A program made the translations under genes and the position numbers. Below the pieces are notes generated by a model, which saw only the letters and a program-made list of their open reading frames with translations, was not told the DNA's origin and made no database searches. Shown here piece by piece: positions 16,380 to 23,140 of a stretch of DNA of 46,187 nt. This DNA comes from Acutalibacteraceae bacterium (GTDB lineage Bacteria > Bacillota > Clostridia > Oscillospirales > Acutalibacteraceae): positions 1 to 46,187 of the forward strand of contig JBJEOJ010000103.1 of assembly GCA_051880655.1 (NCBI GenBank). Reading direction: 5' to 3'. The number at the start of each line of letters is the position of its first letter. Positions within the stretch are counted from its first letter, which is position 1.

Positions 16380-17762
16380 TTGAAAATCCGATTTACCGAA
16401 ACCGTGCTTCGCGATGCCAATCAGTCTTTGATTGCAACAAGAATGCCGTTTGAAGATTTTGAAGGAATTTTGAAAACACTGGACGGCGCAGGCTATTATT
16501 CGCTTGAATGTTGGGGCGGAGCAACTTTTGACTCGTGTCTGAGATATCTTGACGAAGACCCGTGGGAAAGACTGAGAAAAATTAAAAAAGCCTGTCCGAA
16601 CACAAAGCTTCAGATGCTTCTGAGAGGTCAGAACCTTCTCGGCTATAAGCATTATCCCGATGATGTTGTTCGTGCCTTTGTCAGAAAATCCGTTGAAAAC
16701 GGAATTGATATTATCAGAATTTTTGATGCGCTCAATGACCTGAGAAACATTGAAACCGCAGTTGACGAAACGCTCAGATGCGGCGCACACCCTTCAGGGA
16801 CAATCTGCTATACCATAAGCCCGATTCATTCACTTGAAAATTATGTTGATCTGGCTGTCAGAATGGAAAAAATGGGTGTGCAGTCAATCTGCATAAAGGA
16901 TATGGCGGGTATCCTTTCGCCGAAAGAAGCCGAAGACCTTGTTAAGGCAATCAAATCAAGCGTGAAGCTTCCCTTGATTGTTCACACGCACTGCACAACC
17001 GGTCTCGGTCCGATGACGCTTCGCAGTGCGGCTCTTGCCGGCGCAGATGTTATCGATACGGCAATTTCATGCTTCTCCGGCGGAACGTCTCAGCCGCCGA
17101 CGGAAACGCTTGCCTATTCTCTCAATCAGCATGGCTTTGACACCGGTCTTGATATGAAAGTTCTCAAAAAAATCAATGACTTTTTTAAGCCGATACAGCA
17201 AAAAGCTCTTGAAAGCGGTCTGCTTAATCCCGTTGTGCTGACAAACGATACCGACGCTCTGGTTTATCAGGTTCCGGGCGGCATGCTTTCAAACCTTGTT
17301 GCACAGCTGACTGCGGCAGGTAAGCTTGATAAATTTGAAGAAGTGCTTGAAGAAGTTCCGCGCGTCAGAAAAGACCTCGGCTATCCGCCGCTTGTTACAC
17401 CGCTGAGCCAGATGGTCGGTGCTCAGGCAACAGCCAATGTTCTTTCGGGTGAAAGATATAAGAATATTTCAAAAGAAATCAAAAATTATGTTTCCGGTTT
17501 TTACGGAAAAGCACCCGGTGAAATTGACAGTGAGCTTTCAAAAAAGATTCTCGGTGATGAAAAGCCGATAACCTGCAGATTTGCCGACACTCTTGAACCG
17601 TATCTTGAAAAGGCGAAAGAAGAGATTGGCGATAAGGCCCAAAACGAAGAAGATGTTCTGTCGTATATTGCGTTCCCGACTCAGGCAGAGGCTTTCTTTG
17701 ACAGACGAGAAGAAAAGAAGAGAAACACTTTCAGCTATAAAATCAGAAAAATCGAAGATTAA
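16380..17762 (+). CDS. oadA: oxaloacetate decarboxylase alpha-type carboxyltransferase (no biotinyl domain)
   Basis: 460 aa. TTG start 8 nt after AAGGGGG. MKIRFTETVLRDANQSL and an HMGL-like TIM barrel region, as in OadA / pyruvate carboxylase subunit B / transcarboxylase 5S. Confidence 0.8.
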   Translation: MKIRFTETVLRDANQSLIATRMPFEDFEGILKTLDGAGYYSLECWGGATFDSCLRYLDEDPWERLRKIKKACPNTKLQMLLRGQNLLGYKHYPDDVVRAFVRKSVENGIDIIRIFDALNDLRNIETAVDETLRCGAHPSGTICYTISPIHSLENYVDLAVRMEKMGVQSICIKDMAGILSPKEAEDLVKAIKSSVKLPLIVHTHCTTGLGPMTLRSAALAGADVIDTAISCFSGGTSQPPTETLAYSLNQHGFDTGLDMKVLKKINDFFKPIQQKALESGLLNPVVLTNDTDALVYQVPGGMLSNLVAQLTAAGKLDKFEEVLEEVPRVRKDLGYPPLVTPLSQMVGAQATANVLSGERYKNISKEIKNYVSGFYGKAPGEIDSELSKKILGDEKPITCRFADTLEPYLEKAKEEIGDKAQNEEDVLSYIAFPTQAEAFFDRREEKKRNTFSYKIRKIED

Positions 17763-17776
17763 AGGAGTCGGCAATT

Positions 17777-18163
17777 ATGATTTTTACCTCGGATTATTCC
17801 ATTAAAATGCCTTTGGGACAAACGGTTCTGACTGCTTTTCTGGGAATTGCAACGGTTCTTTTGATCCTTGCGGTAATTGCTGTGCTGATTACTGTTGTCT
17901 CAAAGCTCGTAAGGCTGATTGAGCAAAAATTTTCAAATGAAAAGCCGGAGAAAAAAGCGGAAGTTTCAGAAAACGAAATTCCGGATTCTTCCAAGGTTCA
18001 AAAGCTTCCGGTCAATCAGTCGCAAGGTGAGCTTACGCTTATCGGGACGGACGAAAAAACAGCAGCCGTTATTATGGCACTTGTAAGCTACCAAAGCGGT
18101 ATTCCTTTAAACAGTCTTTGTTTCAAATCCATAAAATTATTACCGGAGGATAAAAACAAATGA
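17777..18163 (+). CDS. OadG-like small membrane subunit of a Na+-translocating decarboxylase
   Basis: 128 aa with a single N-terminal TM helix (LTAFLGIATVLLILAVIAVLITVV). Position between the alpha and BCCP genes. AAGGAG lies 9 nt upstream. Confidence 0.6.
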   Translation: MIFTSDYSIKMPLGQTVLTAFLGIATVLLILAVIAVLITVVSKLVRLIEQKFSNEKPEKKAEVSENEIPDSSKVQKLPVNQSQGELTLIGTDEKTAAVIMALVSYQSGIPLNSLCFKSIKLLPEDKNK

Positions 18164-18531
18164 AATATATTGTAAGCTTAAACGGAAAAGATTATGAAGT
18201 TGAAGTGACGGAAAGCGAAGCCGTGCTTCTCGGTGTAACGGACAGTGCACCGGCAGCAGCTGCTGCTCCTGTTTCACCCGCTCCCGCTGCGGCACCTGCT
18301 GCGCCGGTATCCGTAAGCGGTGGAACCAATGTGGTTTCACCGATGCCGGGAACTATTCTTTCGGTTTCCTGTGCTGTCGGACAAAGCGTGAAAGCCGGAG
18401 ATGTTCTGATGGTGCTTGAAGCGATGAAAATGGAAAATGATATTGTCGCTCCCGCAGATGGAGTTGTTAAGCAGGTTCTTGTTTCAAAAGGCTCAACGGT
18501 CAATACCGATGATGTTCTTGCCGTTCTTTAA
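18160..18531 (+). CDS. biotin carboxyl carrier protein (biotinyl domain with Ala/Pro linker)
   Basis: 123 aa. ATGA overlap with the upstream gene. AP-rich linker. Biotinylation motif LEAMKMEN. Confidence 0.85.
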   Translation: MKYIVSLNGKDYEVEVTESEAVLLGVTDSAPAAAAAPVSPAPAAAPAAPVSVSGGTNVVSPMPGTILSVSCAVGQSVKAGDVLMVLEAMKMENDIVAPADGVVKQVLVSKGSTVNTDDVLAVL

Positions 18532-18560
18532 CACAGACTTTACGAAAGGAGAGTTTCCAA

Positions 18561-19754
18561 ATGGAAATGATTAAAGATGTTATTGTGAGTCTGTGGCAGT
18601 CCTCCGGCTTTGCGGCGCTTTTTGACGGCGGTGTTTTTCATTGGCGCAATCTTGTTATGATTGCCGTTTCTTTTGTTCTTCTTTATTTTGCAATTGCAAA
18701 AAAATGGGAACCGCTGCTTCTCGTGCCGATCGCTTTCGGAATTCTGCTTGCCAATTTGCCGGGCGCAACGCTTATGAGTGACCCGACGGGTCTTATGGAT
18801 ACATCAAACATTGTTCAGGGTGCGCATTGGTATGATACGGGTGTTTTGCGGCTTATATATATGGGCGTCAAAAGCAGTATCTTCCCATGTCTGATTTTCC
18901 TCGGCATCGGAGCGATGACGGATTTTGCGCCGCTTCTTTCAAATCCCGTCAGCCTTCTTCTCGGTGCTGCGGCACAGCTTGGCATTTACATCGCCTTTAT
19001 CATTGCGATTCTTCTCGGCTTCAGTCCTGCCGAAGCCGCTTCCATTGCCATCATCGGCGGAGCGGACGGACCGACCGCAATTTACCTGACAAGCCGACTT
19101 GCGTCGGAACTTCTCGGACCGATTGCTGTTGCGGCATATTCGTATATGGCGCTGATACCGTTCATTCAGCCGCCGATTATTAAGCTTCTGACAACAGAAA
19201 AAGAACGCAAGGTTGAAATGAAGCAGACAAGGAAAGTAAGCAAACTTGAAAAAATCATTTTCCCTGTTGTGGTTATTATTATCTGTGCTTTCATTCTTCC
19301 CGATGTTGCTCCGCTTCTCGGTATGCTCATGCTCGGCAACCTGTTCAGAGAATGCGGCGTTGTTGAAAGACTCAGCGAAACCGCACAGAACGCTCTGATG
19401 AACATTGTCACGATTATGCTCGGTCTTACCGTTGGTGCAACGGCAAACGGCGACACCTTCCTTCAGCCGAAAACGCTGATGATTATTGCGCTCGGACTTC
19501 TGGCATTCTGTTTCTCAACGGCAGGCGGTGTACTGCTTGGAAAGCTTCTTTATGTCATTACCGGCGGCAAGGTCAATCCGATTATCGGTGCGGCAGGTGT
19601 TTCTGCTGTTCCGATGGCGGCGCGTGTTGCACAGAATGAGGGCAGAAAATATAATCCGACAAACTTCCTTTTGATGCACGCGATGGGGCCGAATGTTGCA
19701 GGCGTTATCGGTTCTGCGGTTGCGGCAGGCTTCCTGCTTGCACTCTTCAAATGA
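18561..19754 (+). CDS. oadB: Na+-translocating decarboxylase beta subunit (OadB/GcdB/MmdB family)
   Basis: 397 aa polytopic membrane protein. Family-typical blocks [33 protein letters not shown]. Confidence 0.85.
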   Translation: MEMIKDVIVSLWQSSGFAALFDGGVFHWRNLVMIAVSFVLLYFAIAKKWEPLLLVPIAFGILLANLPGATLMSDPTGLMDTSNIVQGAHWYDTGVLRLIYMGVKSSIFPCLIFLGIGAMTDFAPLLSNPVSLLLGAAAQLGIYIAFIIAILLGFSPAEAASIAIIGGADGPTAIYLTSRLASELLGPIAVAAYSYMALIPFIQPPIIKLLTTEKERKVEMKQTRKVSKLEKIIFPVVVIIICAFILPDVAPLLGMLMLGNLFRECGVVERLSETAQNALMNIVTIMLGLTVGATANGDTFLQPKTLMIIALGLLAFCFSTAGGVLLGKLLYVITGGKVNPIIGAAGVSAVPMAARVAQNEGRKYNPTNFLLMHAMGPNVAGVIGSAVAAGFLLALFK

Positions 19755-19762
19755 TAAAATTA

Positions 19763-19800
19763 AAAGCAGAAAAGTTTTTACCGGGCTTTTCTGCTTTTTT
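19763..19800 (+). terminator. rho-independent terminator of the decarboxylase operon
   Basis: AAAGCAGAAAAG / CTTTTCTGCTTT stem followed by a T-run. Confidence 0.85.
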
Positions 19801-19835
19801 GCATGTTTTGATTTGATGAAAAATTTTGACAATAT

Positions 19836-19864
19836 TTGACAAAACATAAAACAAACAATATAAT
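19836..19864 (+). promoter_or_regulatory. consensus promoter of small-toxin-like locus, copy 1
   Basis: TTGACA (19836-19841), 17-nt spacer, TATAAT (19859-19864). Confidence 0.7.
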
Positions 19865-19933
19865 AAAAAGGCAGTCACATGAAAGCGGCTGCCAAGATGA
19901 GTACTGTTATATAACGGTAGGCGGTTTGCTCCC

Positions 19934-20213
19934 AAAAGCAGACAAAAGCTGAACACGATACGGTTTTAAGCGATACATTTTCGCCGATACTGCGGCAGAA
20001 ATGCTCGAAATGCGTCAGCATTTCTGCGCTTTCTTTCTTGTCTCGACAAAAATCTATTCGCTTAAAACTTCGCAGAACCTGAAAGCAAATATTTTGCGTT
20101 CATTGTGCAGATTTGAGCCGCAGACATACTGCCGTATGTTAAGGCGAAAAGCTGTGCAAGGTGCGTAAAATATTTGTTTTCAGGCGTATCGTGTTCGACT
20201 TTTGTCTGCTTAC
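19934..20213 (+). other. 280-nt highly structured insertion in the 5' UTR (three-way junction of long helices)
   Basis: Absent from copy 2, which has a GTAA loop at this position. Helices: P1 19935-19962/20185-20211, P2 19963-19973/20058-20068, P3 19992-20005/20017-20029, P4 20078-20098/20164-20184. Several G-U pairs are valid only for plus-strand RNA. Confidence 0.6.
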
Positions 20214-20229
20214 GGGAGGTGATAAGCTT

Positions 20230-20313
20230 ATGGTTACATTTGAATTGCTTATAGCATTTACTGTAATGATAATCAATCTTATCACTCTTTGTTACTTAAT
20301 TTTTAAAAAGTAA
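20230..20313 (+). CDS. 27-aa hydrophobic peptide, candidate type I toxin (copy 1)
   Basis: MVTFELLIAFTVMIINLITLCYLIFKK. GGGAGG lies 10 nt upstream. Paralog at 33716-33808. Below the ORF-track size cutoff. Confidence 0.6.
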   Translation: MVTFELLIAFTVMIINLITLCYLIFKK

Positions 20314-20336
20314 CGACTGTTAAAAAAGTCGGAACA

Positions 20337-20430
20337 TAAAAATTAAGAAACACCGCCATCTCCAATTTGCGGTGTTTCTTAAAAGAACTCGTAAATATAG
20401 AGCAAACCGCTTATCGCAGTACTCTCCCCT
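20337..20430 (-). ncRNA. candidate antisense (antitoxin-like) sRNA, copy 1
   Basis: Predicted from the minus-strand promoter (20437-20464) and a 12-bp hairpin (20345-20380) followed by a U-run on the minus strand. Complementary to the 3' UTR of the peptide mRNA. Confidence 0.5.
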
Positions 20431-20436
20431 ATTACT

Positions 20437-20464
20437 ATTATATCACATATCCGCATTTTGTCAA
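20437..20464 (-). promoter_or_regulatory. antisense promoter, copy 1
   Basis: Minus strand: TTGACA (20459-20464), 16-nt spacer ending in TGa, TATAAT (20437-20442). Confidence 0.6.
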
Positions 20465-20485
20465 TCGGCAGAGTGCGGATTTTTC
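20449..20485 (+). terminator. terminator of the peptide mRNA, copy 1
   Basis: ATCCGCA / TGCGGAT stem plus TTTT. The loop contains the -35 element of the antisense promoter. Confidence 0.6.
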
Positions 20486-20490
20486 AATAA

Positions 20491-20521
20491 CTCCATACTC
20501 CACTCTCCAAACTCCACACTG
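20491..20521 (-). repeat. GTGGAG-type heptad array (purine-rich on the minus strand)
   Basis: Minus strand reads CAGTGTGGAG TTTGGAG AGTGGAG TATGGAG. It starts 8 nt after the stop of the minus-strand flavoprotein gene. Confidence 0.7.
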
Positions 20522-20529
20522 ATTTGCGT

Positions 20530-21147
20530 TTATCTGATAAAATCAGTCAGAACCTTTTTGTTCTTCGGCTCTTCAACGCCCGCTTTTTTGCCTGCTTCAA
20601 TGCATCTGAGCAGCCATGCCATGTTTTTTCCGAGATGATACATGGTCATCATGCCCTCGGCGTCCTGTCTGACATCGTCGGGCGTTCTGCCGTGAACTTC
20701 ATTCCAATAGGTTGCGCTTACAATCGGCATCTGACTGATGCTGAAATATTTGTTGGTAACGTCCATTGTTGTGACGCCGCCGGCTCTTCTTGAAGAAGAA
20801 ACTGCGGCCGCCGGTTTATATCTGAAATGGCTTGAGCCGCTGTAAAAGCATCGGTCAAGGAAGCTTAAAAGCTGACCGGAGGTATGTGCGTAATAAACAG
20901 GAGAGCCGAAAACGAAACCGTCTGCTTCGTCGGCTTTTTTAACAAATTCGTTAACGCAGTCATCAAAAATGCATTTTCCGAGTTCAATGCAGCGTCTGCA
21001 GCCGAGACAGTCGTTGATCGGTTTTGAGCCGAGCTGATAAATTTCGGTTTCGATGTTCTCTTCGTTCAGGGCGCGCGCGACTTCACAAAGAGCGGTGTAT
21101 GTGCAGCCCTTTGCTCTGGGACTGCCGTTTACAAGAATCACTTTCAT
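20530..21147 (-). CDS. iron-sulfur flavoprotein / NADPH-dependent FMN reductase family protein
   Basis: Start placed at MKVILVNGSPRAKGCTY (GAGGAA upstream). Flavodoxin-like fold motif and a Cys cluster CLGCRRCIELGKC. Confidence 0.75.
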   Translation of the reverse strand: MKVILVNGSPRAKGCTYTALCEVARALNEENIETEIYQLGSKPINDCLGCRRCIELGKCIFDDCVNEFVKKADEADGFVFGSPVYYAHTSGQLLSFLDRCFYSGSSHFRYKPAAAVSSSRRAGGVTTMDVTNKYFSISQMPIVSATYWNEVHGRTPDDVRQDAEGMMTMYHLGKNMAWLLRCIEAGKKAGVEEPKNKKVLTDFIR

Positions 21148-21216
21148 GATAAGATTCCTCGCTTTCTTGAATTTCGTTTTCATTATATCACAATATCAGA
21201 CAATTTTTAAGTGATT

Positions 21217-21417
21217 TCACTTTTCTTTATAGTATAATTTACAGTGACAATAGCCTTCAAAATCCGGATCGGCAATCTGCTCGCGAAATTCCTTGCAGAT
21301 ACATTTCGTGTCTTCGTTTTTCACAATTTTGCAGGGACAATAGCCGCCTTTCTTTTTGAGGCTTTCTTTCAGAAATTCAACAACCTCATTGTCCTCGTTA
21401 TATCTTACTTTGCTCAT
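21217..21417 (-). CDS. ferredoxin:thioredoxin reductase catalytic-subunit-like small Cys-rich protein
   Basis: 66 aa from MSKVRY (GGGAGTG upstream). Has the CPC...CxC...CHC pattern (YCPCKIV, CICKEF, YCHCKLY) characteristic of FTR catalytic chains. Confidence 0.65.
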   Translation of the reverse strand: MSKVRYNEDNEVVEFLKESLKKKGGYCPCKIVKNEDTKCICKEFREQIADPDFEGYCHCKLYYKEK

Positions 21418-21883
21418 GGTATTTTGCACTCCCTTTCAGATGATTTCGGCGTAATAAAATAAACAGACTGCAATCATTAATTATTAAGCATCTTACAATT
21501 AAAATATCACCTGTTTGTTCAATTGTCAATATTTTTCAGAATGCACGAACCGAAAAGAATAAGGAAGATTTTTCAAAAAAATAATTGCTCAGAAACCTCT
21601 TGATGCCGCTGAAAAAAGCTTTTGAAGAGTGAAAGCAAAAAACGGCAGATATAACCAAACCCGGCTATGCCTTACATTACATACTTTCATGCCAAAAATA
21701 CATATCAAAAAACATTGTCATCTTGTCGAAATAAGTATAAAATTTATAAGATATAATGTATTGCTGTGCTTAGTTACAGCAATTATCATTGACGGACTGC
21801 TTGCATGAGGAGAATACGGTGGTTTTTGCAAAGGTACGTCTTATCAAAAGCAAAGGAGGGCCCCTTTATTTGGGCAGAAAACT

Positions 21884-22663
21884 ATGACTTACAGTTATTT
21901 TCCGGGTTGCACCTTGAAAACAAAGGCGAAAGATCTTGATTCTTATGCCAGAGCATCGGCCGAAGCGCTGGGCGTCACTCTCGAAGAAATTGACGACTGG
22001 CAGTGCTGCGGTGCGGTTTATCCGCTTGCGTCAGACGAAATTGCAACAAAGCTTTCTTCCGTCAGAGCACTTGAAAATGCCAAGGAAAAGAATCAGCCTC
22101 TGATTACCGTTTGCTCGGCTTGCCATCATGTTATCAAGCGTGTCAACCATGACATGCAGACCAAGGAAGACATAGCTTTGCGTGTTAACAATTATCTCGG
22201 CCTTGAAGAGCCGTATAAGGGTGAAACGCAGGTTATTCATTACCTTGAAATGCTTCGTGACAAGATCGGCTTTGATGAGCTGAAAAAGAAAGTTGTCAAT
22301 CCTCTCACAGGCAGAAAAATTGCCGCTTATTACGGCTGTATGCTCCTTCGCCCCGGCAAGGAAATGCAGTTTGACGATCCTGAAAATCCCACTATTATGG
22401 AAGATTTCATCAAGGCAATCGGTGCCGAACCGGTTGTTTATGCGTTCAGAAATGAATGTTGCGGCGGCTATATGACAATGAACGACAAAGCACTTGCCTG
22501 CAAAATGGCAAACAAGGTTGTTTCATCGGCAAAAAGCAAGGGCGCACAGGAAATAATCACTGCCTGCCCGCTTTGCCTTTATAACCTGAAAGAAAACAGT
22601 GACGGCAGCTTGCCTGTCTATTATTTCACCGAGCTTCTTGCAGAAGCACTCGGCGTTAAATAA
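21884..22663 (+). CDS. hdrB: heterodisulfide reductase subunit B-like (two CCG cysteine-rich domains)
   Basis: 259 aa. MTYSYFPGC...WQCCGAVYP...CSACHH and YYGCMLL...NECCGGYM...CPLCLYN. ATG 21884 is the only possible start after the in-frame stop at 21806. Confidence 0.85.
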   Translation: MTYSYFPGCTLKTKAKDLDSYARASAEALGVTLEEIDDWQCCGAVYPLASDEIATKLSSVRALENAKEKNQPLITVCSACHHVIKRVNHDMQTKEDIALRVNNYLGLEEPYKGETQVIHYLEMLRDKIGFDELKKKVVNPLTGRKIAAYYGCMLLRPGKEMQFDDPENPTIMEDFIKAIGAEPVVYAFRNECCGGYMTMNDKALACKMANKVVSSAKSKGAQEIITACPLCLYNLKENSDGSLPVYYFTELLAEALGVK

Positions 22664-22677
22664 AGGGGTGTGAAATT

Positions 22678-23070
22678 ATGCACAAAACAGGTAAAGAAAT
22701 GAGCGAGGACATCATTGCTGTTTGCGGTGTCAATCCCAGACAGTGCATGAAATGCGGCAAATGCTCCGCAACTTGTCCGGCTTTTGAAGAAATGGATATT
22801 CATCCGCATCAGTTTGCATCCATGGTTGTTGAGGGAAGAATCGACGAACTTCTTGCTTCAAAGTCAATCTGGAAATGCCTTTCATGCTTTGCTTGCGTTG
22901 AAAGATGCCCAAGAAGCGTTGAACCGGCAAAGCTGATTGAAGCGGTCAGAGTAACCGTTCTTCGTGAAAGAGGCGGAAGCTTCCTTTCACCGGACGACAT
23001 TCCCGCAAAGCTTGACAGTGAGCTTCCTCAGCAGGCCATTGCCGCCGCTTTCAGAAAATACAGAAAATAA
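22678..23070 (+). CDS. hdrC: heterodisulfide reductase subunit C-like (2x[4Fe-4S])
   Basis: 130 aa. CMKCGKCSATCP and CLSCFACVERCP. Confidence 0.8.
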   Translation: MHKTGKEMSEDIIAVCGVNPRQCMKCGKCSATCPAFEEMDIHPHQFASMVVEGRIDELLASKSIWKCLSCFACVERCPRSVEPAKLIEAVRVTVLRERGGSFLSPDDIPAKLDSELPQQAIAAAFRKYRK

Positions 23071-23140
23071 GCTGACTGTTTTGGTTAAACAGTTATGTAT
23101 TCAGAAATAACCGAATTCTTGAAATAAAGGAGTGTTCAAA

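Noticed and set aside
19747-19956. 69-aa minus-strand ORF, and the 88-aa plus-strand ORF at 20372-20638, in the toxin-like locus
   Set aside because: Both run through predicted promoters, terminators and the heptad array. They have no SD and are not conserved in copy 2.
20001-20168. 55-codon ORF (MLEMRQHFCAFF...) inside the 280-nt structured insertion
   Set aside because: No SD upstream. It spans several long helices, and its reading frame would be buried in secondary structure. It is more simply explained as chance in structured RNA.
21722-21760. Candidate promoter for the hdr operon (TTGTCG ... TATAAT)
   Set aside because: The spacer is about 23 nt, too long for a sigma-A promoter, and I found no better -35 element. 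The true promoter cannot be placed by eye.
23132-23140. GTG 23132 as the hdrA start, as in the ORF track
   Set aside because: This GTG lies inside the AAGGAG SD itself. TTG 23141 has proper spacing and gives the family-typical MQRIGVFVCWCG N-terminus. The call stays uncertain without N-terminal data.
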